From positions 96,001 to 160,000 of IMG/VR virus record IMGVR_UViG_3300032307_000764: a DNA stretch of 64,000 nt; one strand, given 5' to 3'. The translations under genes were made by a program, and so were the position numbers. This stretch comes from a virus (taxonomy: Duplodnaviria; Caudoviricetes). The notes below the pieces were generated by a model. It did no database searches and was not told the DNA's origin. It was given only the letters and a program-made list of their open reading frames with translations. The number at the start of each line of letters is the position of its first letter. The first letter of the stretch is position 1. Below, piece by piece: positions 48,100 through 57,909 of the stretch.

Positions 48100-48573
48100 A
48101 TGGAAGGAAATACTTATTATTTAGAGAGATTAAGAACAAATACAAGGACTGGATATTTATTTGGCAGATTTCAGATCCCTGAGGGTATACCTTTTATATT
48201 TACTGCTTCTACAATTTTCATCTCTGCATTATTGGAATTTATATTTCCTTCATTCTTTATTATCCCAATTATAGCGATCGTAGTTTGCTGGGAGCATTAC
48301 ACTAAAATATATTTTCGTAGTTTCATCTTCGAAGAATGTATTGTGGAAGAGATAATGTTCAAGAATGATCTAGTAAGAAATGGTGTGGATCCTAACTTTC
48401 CTGATGATCCTTTGTATGTAACTGAGGATGATCGTAAAGCTATATTCGAGGAGTGCTTGTATGTTAATCCAGAAGAAAAATTCCTTACTAAAATAAAAAA
48501 CCACTACCGATTTTTAATTTCAGTAGTGGCTCTATTTATTGGATTTTATTTTTTGATTAAAGTCCTTTACTAA
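48100..48573 (+). CDS. Membrane protein (2-3 TM)
   Basis: Hydrophobic segments near both ends. Confidence 0.65.
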   Translation: MEGNTYYLERLRTNTRTGYLFGRFQIPEGIPFIFTASTIFISALLEFIFPSFFIIPIIAIVVCWEHYTKIYFRSFIFEECIVEEIMFKNDLVRNGVDPNFPDDPLYVTEDDRKAIFEECLYVNPEEKFLTKIKNHYRFLISVVALFIGFYFLIKVLY

Positions 48574-49360
48574 CTTTGAACTTATCGTAAGCCATTTTTA
48601 CTTTCATTGGATCCATTGAAAGTTCTCCAGCGATTTTATTAACTGCGATTCTTTCAGCTTTATTGATATCACTAAATACTGGGTTTCTTCTAAGATCCTT
48701 GAATAATAGGAAAACCATTTCTCCTATTCTCATATTGCTTTTCATTTTTTCTGCCCTTTTATCGGATGCAGTTTCTTTTTCTGCTTCTGCAGCATCTCTA
48801 TTTTTAGTAGACATTGCAGGATCTTGGATAATAGATGAAGCAACAACTGCTAAATTTGTAGGGGTTTCAGTTTTGAAGAATTCAAAAGCTTTAAGAATTT
48901 TAGGGTAAATTGCTTCCCCTGCAGTTTCACCAACTCCACTAATTAAGTTTCTGAATTTGTTTGTTGTTCTAGATACTGTTCTTGAAGACTCTAATCCGAT
49001 AGCATCAGCTAAAGCAGGAATAGTTATAACAAAAGCACCTGTATTTTCATCGATAGCTCCGAAATCTCTTAATCCTCTAATAGACATTAAATATTTACCA
49101 GGATCTCCTTCTTCAGCTCCTAAAGCTCTTAAGTAAAGTACTGCCATTTGTTCTTTGCTTAAAATTTGGAAGTCTCTATCTAAAGCTCTTTTTTCTCCAG
49201 CACTTAAGGTTTCTTCTTCATCCCAGAAATCCTGTTCGAATAGAAATGATAGCATTACTAGGTTATTTTCTTTCCAATTTTCAAAAATCGAATTTGCTAT
49301 TTCTTGTTCGTAGTTTTCTGAGGAAAAGCTCTCGAACATTTTAATGTGTTTAGTCTTCAT
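48557..49360 (-). CDS. Tagged hypothetical protein, possible HTH
   Basis: MKTKHIKMFESF..E; TIPALADAIGLESSRTVSR; GATATATA at 49384-49391. Confidence 0.65.
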   Translation of the reverse strand: MKTKHIKMFESFSSENYEQEIANSIFENWKENNLVMLSFLFEQDFWDEEETLSAGEKRALDRDFQILSKEQMAVLYLRALGAEEGDPGKYLMSIRGLRDFGAIDENTGAFVITIPALADAIGLESSRTVSRTTNKFRNLISGVGETAGEAIYPKILKAFEFFKTETPTNLAVVASSIIQDPAMSTKNRDAAEAEKETASDKRAEKMKSNMRIGEMVFLLFKDLRRNPVFSDINKAERIAVNKIAGELSMDPMKVKMAYDKFKVSKGL

Positions 49361-49426
49361 GAAACTTCTATTTTGTTTTCCTTTATATATCCAAGTTTAA
49401 CATATTATTTTTTTTAGAAAGTTTTA

Positions 49427-49466
49427 GAAATCATTTTTTTTCATTGAATAGAATCTTCTATATTTG
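49427..49466 (+). promoter_or_regulatory. Bacteroidota-type promoter (tandem copy 1)
   Basis: GAAATCATTTTTTTT...TATATTTG. Confidence 0.7.
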
Positions 49467-49529
49467 TCTTGTTAATCTAATAAACAAAAAGATGTCCAAT
49501 GGTAAAAATAAAAAAATTAGAAAAAACCA

Positions 49530-49568
49530 GAAATCATTTTTTTTATCAAAGGGATTAATCTACATTTG
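49530..49568 (+). promoter_or_regulatory. Bacteroidota-type promoter (tandem copy 2)
   Basis: GAAATCATTTTTTTT...TACATTTG. Confidence 0.7.
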
Positions 49569-49597
49569 TAACGTCTAACAATTAAAAATTAAAAATT

Positions 49598-50044
49598 ATG
49601 AAAACAACTTTTTCAGCTTTAGTTATCGCTTTAGGATTAGCTTTAACATCTTTCTCATCTATCGGTAGTTCACAAACAAGTACTCCGGTAAACAAGAATC
49701 TAGATAAGGTCACGGATTCTATCGCAATCGTATTAAATCAACGATACGGATACGATCTAAAATTAGATCCGGCTCTTAAAAACGGATGTTTGAATTACTT
49801 AAAAGAAGTAAGATCATCTAAGTCTTTAGATCCAGTAGAGGGACAAGGACACATCCACACATCTGCAATGATCCCTCTCGAATACTACGATCAGATCCCT
49901 TATTCGTTCTTTAATGAATTAGTATATGAGTATATCGAAAGACCAGAATTTGGAGATTACTTTAAATTTTATGTACCGACTAAATTTTGGGTAGAAGAAG
50001 TGGTAGTAGGGGATCAATGTTATTTTATCGTAGCAATTGACTAA
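49598..50044 (+). CDS. Secreted/periplasmic protein with signal peptide
   Basis: MKTTFSALVIALGLALTSFS signal peptide. Confidence 0.7.
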   Translation: MKTTFSALVIALGLALTSFSSIGSSQTSTPVNKNLDKVTDSIAIVLNQRYGYDLKLDPALKNGCLNYLKEVRSSKSLDPVEGQGHIHTSAMIPLEYYDQIPYSFFNELVYEYIERPEFGDYFKFYVPTKFWVEEVVVGDQCYFIVAID

Positions 50045-50060
50045 AAAAATATAATTCATA

Positions 50061-50089
50061 AAAAAATCCGCTCTAGGGCGGATTTTTTT
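50061..50089. terminator. Bidirectional terminator between convergent genes
   Basis: AAAAAATCCGC-TCTAGG-GCGGATTTTTT. Confidence 0.8.
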
Positions 50090-50108
50090 ATTGTGTTATT
50101 TTAAGTGG

Positions 50109-51545
50109 TTAAGATCTTGCAGATCTTCCTTTAACATTACCTTCAGTATCTACTCTCTTTTTAGCTTTATCTGGATCTATAACTACTTTAAAAGTCATAG
50201 TTAATTCATTAATTGTGACTTTATCACATTTAACTTTACCAGTTGTAGGTATGTAAATAGTTTTAGTTGAACTCTCTCCTTTAACAAGCTTAGTACCTTT
50301 AACAGTTAGAGTAACATTTCTAAATGTTTTTCTTACTGCCTCATCTGTTACAGGTGTAGCTGGTTGAATGCTAGGTGTTGTTGATGCAGTAATATTAGCG
50401 GATGTAATACTTTTTAAATAAACTTCCACTGCTGCCGCTCTATCTACACAAAGTTTCTCGTTATTTTTCTTGTCTCCTTCCTGAGAAGCCGATCCTTGTA
50501 TTAATATTTCAGAAACTGATGTAAAGTTTTGTGTTATTGCGTTATATATGTTCTTTTTACCCGCATCAGTTAATGATGCAGTATTTTTAGTGAAAAGAAC
50601 TCCGTTATCTTGTATTACTAGGTCCTGTGTAATATCTGGGGTTTTTACTGGGATCTTTACTTCTTTTATATCTGAAATGGATTTGTCTGCACCCTTATTT
50701 TTACCATCTCTTATCGATTTAGGATCTATCGAATATAAAACATAAGTAAAATTAGCTGATCCAGCTCTTTGTAATTTTTTATCTTTATATCCCCCAAGAT
50801 CTCCTTTATTCTCCTTGTATTTTTCTCCTACGTCCATTGACATCTTAACAGGCTCAACACCACTTGCAGGGGTAACTTTATTTTCATTAGTCCATTTGCC
50901 TATTTCTATTTGGGATTCAATTTTTGTGATATAGTACTGATCTTGTGATCCTGAACCTTTAATTTTTCTTTTCTCTCCCGGCTTACCTATAGTACCCCAT
51001 AACATTGTTTGTTTATCCTCTTTGTTAATATTAGAAAATTCACCCTTTCCTTTTTTTGACGATGTTGGTGAAGTGTTGGAAAGCTTCTTCATATTTTCAA
51101 TGTTGATAAGATTTAATAAATCCTCTAACTTCATTTTTCCATCAGCTTCTTTAAAAGAACCTACGCTTTGTCCACCTAGATTAATATCGGATCCTATTGG
51201 AAATACTTTATTTACAAAAACACTCCCTTGTATGACCTCATCGTATTCTAATTGATTGATCGTTGTATTAACCTCTTCAATATTAGTATATGTTCCATCT
51301 AAATCTTTAGCGATAATTTCAGAAAATGTATTTCCTGCTAGTGCTAAAATATTAGCTTTTACACCAGGTCTAGCATCAGAAGATAATAAATCCTCAACGT
51401 ATGCTAAATTCTTCTTTGTGTCGTCGTCTATATAATCGCTTAACAAAGTCTTAACATCATCCCATGTTCTAGCTTCGTTAACCATCATTGAGTATGCCTC
51501 ATTTATAAACTCTGTAAACGATAGTACTTGTTTTTTCATTTCCAT
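50109..51545 (-). CDS. Tagged protein with C-terminal OmpA-like peptidoglycan-binding domain
   Basis: VLSFTEFINE start; VLF..N.A.L, IQGSAS.EG...N.KL..DRA.AV..YL, FRNV. Confidence 0.7.
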   Translation of the reverse strand: MEMKKQVLSFTEFINEAYSMMVNEARTWDDVKTLLSDYIDDDTKKNLAYVEDLLSSDARPGVKANILALAGNTFSEIIAKDLDGTYTNIEEVNTTINQLEYDEVIQGSVFVNKVFPIGSDINLGGQSVGSFKEADGKMKLEDLLNLINIENMKKLSNTSPTSSKKGKGEFSNINKEDKQTMLWGTIGKPGEKRKIKGSGSQDQYYITKIESQIEIGKWTNENKVTPASGVEPVKMSMDVGEKYKENKGDLGGYKDKKLQRAGSANFTYVLYSIDPKSIRDGKNKGADKSISDIKEVKIPVKTPDITQDLVIQDNGVLFTKNTASLTDAGKKNIYNAITQNFTSVSEILIQGSASQEGDKKNNEKLCVDRAAAVEVYLKSITSANITASTTPSIQPATPVTDEAVRKTFRNVTLTVKGTKLVKGESSTKTIYIPTTGKVKCDKVTINELTMTFKVVIDPDKAKKRVDTEGNVKGRSARS

Positions 51546-51570
51546 CTTTTTAATTTTTATATTGTATATA

Positions 51571-53631
51571 TCATTTCCGTACCGGAAAAATATTTTGTGA
51601 TTTTAAATATATTAGCGACTCTTTAACCTCTTTTTTCCATCCTTCTTTTGGCTTTTTGAGATTTACACCTTTATCAGTGCTTTTGAAGTCTCCCTTTTGT
51701 GTTTTGTTAGGACCATCTAATACGTAATATCTTGCATTTTTAAATAGAGTGACATCGCCCCCTGCCATTTTTGACTTATAAGTAAATGTAGATTCCCCAG
51801 TTTTGCTTTGTCCCCAAGTTCCTTTTAATTTAGAAACGCCGGGGAATTTCTTTTTGAATTCGTCCTGGTTCTTCTTCATTTTATCAACAATCTTTTGGCT
51901 TCCCCCTCCTGCTTTAACTATTGTTGCAGTACCTGCTGTACCAATCTTTTTAATGTTTGCCTTGTCTGATGGAGTTATATCCACTTTTTTAACTTCTATT
52001 TTAGGAGGACCTTGTTGTTTAACACCTGCTACTGAAGATTTTAATTTAGGATTTCCTGATATTTTTTTAGATATTTCAGCATTTCTTTTACCTAGTGATG
52101 TCATCCAATTTATTCCTGGAGAAACTTTAGGCTTAATATAAACATCAATGAATTTTTGTGCACACGATGTCATAGGTCTAACAGCAGATGATAGTGCTCC
52201 TGATATTATACCTCCTATAAAAGATCCACCTTGTTCTTTTTTAAATCTATCGATTCCTTTTGTAATTCTTCCTGGTAGTTCTAAAAGTCCGTTAAACACC
52301 TTACCTATTCCTGAGATAGCTCCTATTACCATATCGTAAAGCCACCCAAAGCAAGATCTTCCAACATAGACCATAAAGTTTACTACCAATTCTCCGAATC
52401 CCCATCCTCCTTGATTGTCCTCGTTAATAGTCTGGTCCCATTCTTCAATGTATTCCTCGTGATCTAATACATATTCCTCACCTTTTTCTAATCCTTTGTC
52501 TGCTCCTTTAGCTAATATTTTTTTACCAGTATCTAATACTTTACTGTTTTGACCGAGCTTAGCCATAAAAGGTGCTTTTTCACAAAGAGTTGAAAAGAAT
52601 TCACCTAACCAAGAAGAACATCCTAAAGCTTTACCTATACCAACAGAAGCTACTGATCCGAATGCGGTAGCTGTGAATTTAGTTGACCAAGATACCACTC
52701 CAGTTTTAATAGCAATACCAACTGATCCCATTCCTGGAAGTGCCTCTGATGCAGAAGCTATTAGATCCTTAACACCAAGAAGTAAACTTGCAGAACCGAA
52801 GATAATTTTACCTCCACCTTTTACGATTTCTCCTACAGTTTTAGCACCTCCTGCTTCTTTACTAGCTTTTATTAAGTTTGTAATTCCTTCGTAAACGGTG
52901 ATACCCCCTGCAATCATTGCTAAGATAGGTGATAAAAATTGAACAACCGGTATGAAGGATAAAATAGTACCTATAATCTGTAGTGCAATACCTATAGCAG
53001 TAAGAGGATTTTCTTTTACAAATGTTACTACTGCAGATATGATCTTCTTAGAAAACTCCCATACCTTTTTAGCACCACTTGATAGAGCATCCCATGCTTG
53101 GCTAACTTTTCCTCCTACATATTTTGCTGCTTTTACAACTGGTTCTTTTACGTACTTATTCCATGCACCTTTAACATCCTTAGCCACACCAGATACAAAG
53201 TTTACTGTGGAATCCCACCAACCCTCTAAAAGAAGATCTGCGCTTTCTTGCAATTTACTGAATGTATTATCTGTGATTATGTGAAGCTGATTGTCCTTAA
53301 ATAGAATTACGTGACCCTCTGCAACAGAATCATCTGTTAAATAGATTACATTACCTTTAGTCTCAAACCAATCTTTCTTGTGTTCGTATAAAACACCTAG
53401 CTCGTATGTGTAATAAGCTTTCTCTAAAAGATATTGATTCTCTTCATCCGAATTACTCTCATTTAAAGATGAACCAAAGAAATCTTTAAAATCTGAAAAA
53501 TCCCAAGAAGCCATACAATTTTCTCTTAGCATGGACATTTGGTTTATCTTAGCTTCTAAGACATTGTCAGAATCAAAGTTAAAAGATTCTTCTACCTTAT
53601 CGAAGTCATTAAATAGGGATAAGTGTTTCAT
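51571..53631 (-). CDS. Large tagged protein with hydrophobic hairpin and Gly/Ala-rich amphipathic helices (candidate ejection/pore protein)
   Basis: MKHLSLFNDF..VEE; AIGIALQIIGTILSFIPVVQFLSPILAMIAGGITV; basic C-terminus. Confidence 0.6.
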   Translation of the reverse strand: MKHLSLFNDFDKVEESFNFDSDNVLEAKINQMSMLRENCMASWDFSDFKDFFGSSLNESNSDEENQYLLEKAYYTYELGVLYEHKKDWFETKGNVIYLTDDSVAEGHVILFKDNQLHIITDNTFSKLQESADLLLEGWWDSTVNFVSGVAKDVKGAWNKYVKEPVVKAAKYVGGKVSQAWDALSSGAKKVWEFSKKIISAVVTFVKENPLTAIGIALQIIGTILSFIPVVQFLSPILAMIAGGITVYEGITNLIKASKEAGGAKTVGEIVKGGGKIIFGSASLLLGVKDLIASASEALPGMGSVGIAIKTGVVSWSTKFTATAFGSVASVGIGKALGCSSWLGEFFSTLCEKAPFMAKLGQNSKVLDTGKKILAKGADKGLEKGEEYVLDHEEYIEEWDQTINEDNQGGWGFGELVVNFMVYVGRSCFGWLYDMVIGAISGIGKVFNGLLELPGRITKGIDRFKKEQGGSFIGGIISGALSSAVRPMTSCAQKFIDVYIKPKVSPGINWMTSLGKRNAEISKKISGNPKLKSSVAGVKQQGPPKIEVKKVDITPSDKANIKKIGTAGTATIVKAGGGSQKIVDKMKKNQDEFKKKFPGVSKLKGTWGQSKTGESTFTYKSKMAGGDVTLFKNARYYVLDGPNKTQKGDFKSTDKGVNLKKPKEGWKKEVKESLIYLKSQNIFPVRK

Positions 53632-53643
53632 TTTATTATTTTT

Positions 53644-54168
53644 TTAGCAATTCGCTCCATCAGATACCATTCCCTCTACATCTCCTTCTTCTTCAGTATC
53701 GTGATTACTTTGAGAGTCAGCATAAAGAAAATTGTAAACCTCCTCTACATCATCTTTTGATGTTGCTATATGATCTGTTGCCCATCCATGTCCATTCTGA
53801 AGAATAGCATCAACTTGCATTGGATCCATCTCTAAAATAGCTTCACACATTCTGTGGATATTCATAACATTAGCAAAGAACATATAGTTTTCTGTATCAT
53901 TATGACCCTCTTTTAGACCAGTTAATGTCTTAGCTAGATTTAATTGCTTGTAAAGTTTAGCATCTCTTTTACCTAGCTGAGCACCTGGTTTTTCCTTGTC
54001 TTTATCTTTCTTTTTAAGATCACTAATTTCATCCTGGATTTCTCCTTTAGTGATTTTTTCATCACCAGTCTTACCAAAGTGTCTTCTTAAAGATCCTTTG
54101 TTTTTACCAACTGCATCCTGGATCCAGTTTTTTTCTAGAATCTCACTAAACGATTTAAGATTTTTCAT
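53644..54168 (-). CDS. Tagged hypothetical protein
   Basis: MKNLKSFSEILE; KNWIQDA...GSLR. Confidence 0.65.
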   Translation of the reverse strand: MKNLKSFSEILEKNWIQDAVGKNKGSLRRHFGKTGDEKITKGEIQDEISDLKKKDKDKEKPGAQLGKRDAKLYKQLNLAKTLTGLKEGHNDTENYMFFANVMNIHRMCEAILEMDPMQVDAILQNGHGWATDHIATSKDDVEEVYNFLYADSQSNHDTEEEGDVEGMVSDGANC

Positions 54169-54169
54169 A

Positions 54170-54328
54170 TTATTTGTTTGTTAATTTGAAATTAGCTACT
54201 GAAAGGCTGAATAATTTATCGCTCCAGTCAGCTTCGAAATGAAAAACAGTAATTGCACCAACTCTAACGTTGATATCGATCTTATCCCACTGCTTCAATT
54301 TCGCTCCCCATGTACTTTTTAGTTTCAT
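54170..54328 (-). CDS. 52-aa hypothetical protein (not in the track)
   Basis: MKLKSTWGAKLKQWDKIDINVRVGAITVFHFEADWSDKLFSLSVANFKLTNK*; GATATATA at 54351-54358 upstream. Confidence 0.55.
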   Translation of the reverse strand: MKLKSTWGAKLKQWDKIDINVRVGAITVFHFEADWSDKLFSLSVANFKLTNK

Positions 54329-54349
54329 AATAGTTAATTATTTAATGTC

Positions 54350-54910
54350 TTATATATCACCAAATCTATTCAATAGACTACCGCCTTTAAATAGAGTTAG
54401 AGTTTCTTTATTGTCTACACCAGACAGTTCTAGCTTAGTTCTTATTAATTCTTTTGTAGTCTCATCGCATAGCTGATAAATCTTGCTTGCTATGATAGGA
54501 TATTCCTTATGAATTCTTACTATTAACTTAGGAGCATTAAATCTCTTGCTAAGCTCAACGTTTGATATTTCATTATCCCATTCAGCATTCTCGTATGCTC
54601 CTTCCTCTCCTAATCCTCTGCCGTAACCGAAAATCTGATATAAAATACCATATTCGTCTAAGTAATCGCTCCAGAAACTCCAATCTCCTTCTCCAGTATA
54701 TTCATTTTCTGCAGTATCAAATTTAGCAGATATATTTTCACCATATGGCGTAGTAATATTAAATTCTTCATCAGGGAAAAACTGAAATGTAGAATCATCC
54801 TCGTCTGTAAATCTAGAGGTCAGTAGCCAATCCATAATTTGATCATCCTTATTAAGGGAATCTATATAGTCTAAATTTTCAAATAAATGGAAAGATTTTA
54901 GGTTCTTCAT
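54350..54910 (-). CDS. Tagged acidic protein with C-terminal tail motif
   Basis: MKNLKSFHLFE; ends KGGSLLNRFGDI. Confidence 0.65.
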   Translation of the reverse strand: MKNLKSFHLFENLDYIDSLNKDDQIMDWLLTSRFTDEDDSTFQFFPDEEFNITTPYGENISAKFDTAENEYTGEGDWSFWSDYLDEYGILYQIFGYGRGLGEEGAYENAEWDNEISNVELSKRFNAPKLIVRIHKEYPIIASKIYQLCDETTKELIRTKLELSGVDNKETLTLFKGGSLLNRFGDI

Positions 54911-54972
54911 AGGATATATATCGTATGTAATAGATCATAAATCTATACAGGGATATATAAATAAAAAAGAAA

Positions 54973-55521
54973 ATGAAAAATCTTACAGGATACGAAACAT
55001 ACCTAAAATCAGGTAGAGTTAACGAACAAAACATTCAACCTACAACTAAAGACTTTATCCTTGATGTAGCAGCAGAAAATGGCGTTGATGCTATGGAGCT
55101 TTTAAGAATGGTAGAAGATGACCTTAACGCAGAAGGAATGAGCGAATCTTTTCTAGTAAAAGAAGCTAATATATCTGAAAGTTCTGTTGTAACATTAGCA
55201 GATTTCTTTATTATCCTTCCAAGTGTAGTTGCTGGACTTGTTACATTGGCAATGGGTGGAAGTTATCTTGAAGGAACAGCTCAAAATAAAAGATGGATTA
55301 AAGCTGAAGCTGATAAGAGAGTTAGAGAAATGATCAAGAAGGATCCTAGCTTAATCGATCGTCAGTCAGAATTGATCAGTCAAGTAGCTGATGAAATTAA
55401 AAACGATCCAGCTATCCAAAAAATGCTTAGAAGCAAAAGAATGGAAGGTGGAGCACAACACCCAGACATTAAAAAAGACAGATCATCTTACAGAACCCAC
55501 ATCTTTGGAGGTGGTTACTAA
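54973..55521 (+). CDS. Tagged protein with one TM segment
   Basis: MKNLTGYETYL...VNE; FFIILPSVVAGLVTLAMGG; GATATATA at 54952. Confidence 0.65.
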   Translation: MKNLTGYETYLKSGRVNEQNIQPTTKDFILDVAAENGVDAMELLRMVEDDLNAEGMSESFLVKEANISESSVVTLADFFIILPSVVAGLVTLAMGGSYLEGTAQNKRWIKAEADKRVREMIKKDPSLIDRQSELISQVADEIKNDPAIQKMLRSKRMEGGAQHPDIKKDRSSYRTHIFGGGY

Positions 55522-55537
55522 TCAATATTAATTTAAT

Positions 55538-55565
55538 AAAAAAGGAGCTTAATGCTCCTTTTTTT
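55538..55565. terminator. Intrinsic terminator
   Basis: AAAAAAGGAGC-TTAAT-GCTCCTTTTTTT. Confidence 0.8.
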
Positions 55566-55583
55566 ATTTTGGATAGATACTGT

Positions 55584-56354
55584 ATGAAAAGAATCAAAGA
55601 CTTTAAAGGCTTTATAAACGAGCAAGAAGAAAAATTGATAGGAAAAATGCTTATTGATTTTCTACACGAAGGAATACAGATGACTTCAAATGAATATTCA
55701 ACATTAAATGAAGGATCTGTAGATAAAGCAGATTATGAATTAGATAGGCTTTTAAGAAGAGCTGAAGAAAAGGGTGAAACCCCAATTATCAAAGAATTTG
55801 TACCTGAGGTTAAAGCAATAGTTAAGAAATTTGCTGAATCTGGACAATCAGGAGGATCAGCCCCTTTTACCACTTCTGTAATTATTCAAGTAATAGAGAA
55901 GTTACTTAAACAGGAACCCTTGGGAGGTATTGAAAACTCTGATGACGAATGGGGCAGTTTATCTTCTTTCGGTGATGATGAATCATATCAGAATAACAGG
56001 CTAAGCTCTGTTTTCAAACAAGGTAAAGAAGGTAAGCCTTATTACTTAAATGCAATAGTATTTAGAAACCCAGAGAAGGACTACACATTTACTTCAGGAT
56101 CAATAGATCTTCCGGATTTAGCTGGTGACGGAAATGGCGGGAAAATAGGATCTTCACACTACATTAAAAGCTTCCCATTCGAACCTAAAACATTTATCAT
56201 AGATGTTGAGGAGAAAGAATACAGAAAACTAAAAGACGGTACTCTCGTAGAAGAAGAAGGTGGAGGCTGGTGGGAATCTTGGGTAAAAGATCCTTCACAG
56301 CTAGATCAAGTTTGGGAGTATTACGATAGAAAATATCCAAATAGAAAAAAATGA
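55584..56354 (+). CDS. Tagged hypothetical protein
   Basis: ATG at 55584 gives MKRIKDFKGFINE; SGQSGGSAPF, QNNRLSSVFK. Confidence 0.65.
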   Translation: MKRIKDFKGFINEQEEKLIGKMLIDFLHEGIQMTSNEYSTLNEGSVDKADYELDRLLRRAEEKGETPIIKEFVPEVKAIVKKFAESGQSGGSAPFTTSVIIQVIEKLLKQEPLGGIENSDDEWGSLSSFGDDESYQNNRLSSVFKQGKEGKPYYLNAIVFRNPEKDYTFTSGSIDLPDLAGDGNGGKIGSSHYIKSFPFEPKTFIIDVEEKEYRKLKDGTLVEEEGGGWWESWVKDPSQLDQVWEYYDRKYPNRKK

Positions 56355-56860
56355 TACATCTAAGATCATATAGCAACTTTCTTAATGAAAGTAAAATCGA
56401 CATAGCTTCTGAAGTTGATGGAGAGATAGAAACACTAATCTCTGATATGCTAAAAAATAAAGAATGCGAGCAAGTTGATACTGGATATCTAGAAATAGAA
56501 ACTCCATTCATTATAAATCCCGATTCAAAGAATAAGGAATGGGTAAACAAAACGGGGATAGTTTTTTACCCTGAGCTTCTTACTTATGGTAATTCAGACA
56601 AATCAGGTAAGGTTCAAAGAACACCTTGGATCGCATGTAGAGTATCTATTGAAGGGGAAAGGACAGATGGTGAAATGAAGGAGCTCTTAAATTGGTTGGT
56701 TTCTTTGATTAAAAAATCAGGATATACACCTTTCATGGACGAGGATGCAAGATTTAATCACTGGAAAGAGAATAAAGGTAAAGGATTTTCAGAATATACA
56801 TGTTATGTTAATCCTAGCTATCCTAAAGGACACTGGGAAAATCACGCTTTAGGTGATTAA
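56351..56860 (+). CDS. Tagged hypothetical protein
   Basis: MIHLRSYSNFLNE; ATGA overlap. Confidence 0.65.
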   Translation: MIHLRSYSNFLNESKIDIASEVDGEIETLISDMLKNKECEQVDTGYLEIETPFIINPDSKNKEWVNKTGIVFYPELLTYGNSDKSGKVQRTPWIACRVSIEGERTDGEMKELLNWLVSLIKKSGYTPFMDEDARFNHWKENKGKGFSEYTCYVNPSYPKGHWENHALGD

Positions 56861-56926
56861 ATATTCCTAACTAATCTAACTCTGATTTTTTGATCTTTAG
56901 GTATAACCTTATATCTTTTTATCATT

Positions 56927-57325
56927 TTATTTTATTATAAGGTTCATTGCAGCATTAACGGATTTTATTCCTTTATTCCCGTTAACGGAAAATTCTCCTC
57001 CTCTTTTATTAATTACGTACTCTCCAGATTTAGTTGATAAATGTACCTCTGAACATAAATCACCTCCTCTAAAGAAGTTAGCTATTGATTCTTTTAATCC
57101 TATTCCTTTCTCGTTACCGAAGAAGTTTGAGAATCCCTTTTTGCTAGAATTAAATATGTAAGGTATCCCAACTTTTTTAGCTCCTTCCCTAATTTGTTTA
57201 ATCTCATCCTTAGTAAACCAATTAATAGATCCCTGTGATCTTATTTCAGATGGCGAAACTTTCTTGTCCTTTTTCTTACTATAATAGGAAGATACAAATT
57301 GTTCGAATAGTTTAATGTGTTGCAT
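56927..57325 (-). CDS. Tagged basic hypothetical protein
   Basis: MQHIKLFEQF; GATATATA at 57346-57353. Confidence 0.65.
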   Translation of the reverse strand: MQHIKLFEQFVSSYYSKKKDKKVSPSEIRSQGSINWFTKDEIKQIREGAKKVGIPYIFNSSKKGFSNFFGNEKGIGLKESIANFFRGGDLCSEVHLSTKSGEYVINKRGGEFSVNGNKGIKSVNAAMNLIIK

Positions 57326-57357
57326 TTTAATTATTTCGTATCTTATATATATCCTAT

Positions 57358-57909
57358 ATGATAATAGACGGAGGTATTAATTATAGATTGATTGATAGAT
57401 TTAATGTAGATTATATTGAATCTAAGATATCAAGTATAAAATCCGATGAGTGGTACAAATATAAGCACAGACAGGAAAGATATAAAGATCATAGTGAAAC
57501 TTTTTCAATACCCTTAATATGGTCTGAAAAGTTTTCTGAAGTTGAACTCCATGAAAATTATCAAACGTTCGAAGACGAGATAAAAGAGATAGAACTATTA
57601 ATAAAGAAAAGGCTGTGCAATTCAGGAGGATTAATGAGCGCAGTTCTTATAAATCTCCCTGCATGTAAATCGATAGGAAGACACAAAGACGCTAATCCGA
57701 TAGGTGATAGATTTAACAGATGTCACAGAATCCATATACCTATAATAACAAATGATCACTGTATATTTGATATAGATGGTGAATCTAAAAACTTAAAAAG
57801 AGGAGAGGTTTGGGAAATAAGCAATGTCAATAAATTCCACAGTGTAGTCAATAGAGGAGATACTGATCGTATACACTTACTCTTGGATTGGGATCCTCTT
57901 CTCTCCTAA
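57358..57909 (+). CDS. 2OG-Fe(II) oxygenase, Asp/Asn beta-hydroxylase family
   Basis: IGRHKD, RIHIPIITN, GEVWEI.N...HSVVN, RIHL. Confidence 0.85.
   Translation: MIIDGGINYRLIDRFNVDYIESKISSIKSDEWYKYKHRQERYKDHSETFSIPLIWSEKFSEVELHENYQTFEDEIKEIELLIKKRLCNSGGLMSAVLINLPACKSIGRHKDANPIGDRFNRCHRIHIPIITNDHCIFDIDGESKNLKRGEVWEISNVNKFHSVVNRGDTDRIHLLLDWDPLLS

Noticed and set aside
49492-49578. 28-codon ORF between the tandem early promoters
   Set aside because: Runs through the second promoter, is low-complexity and has no supporting features
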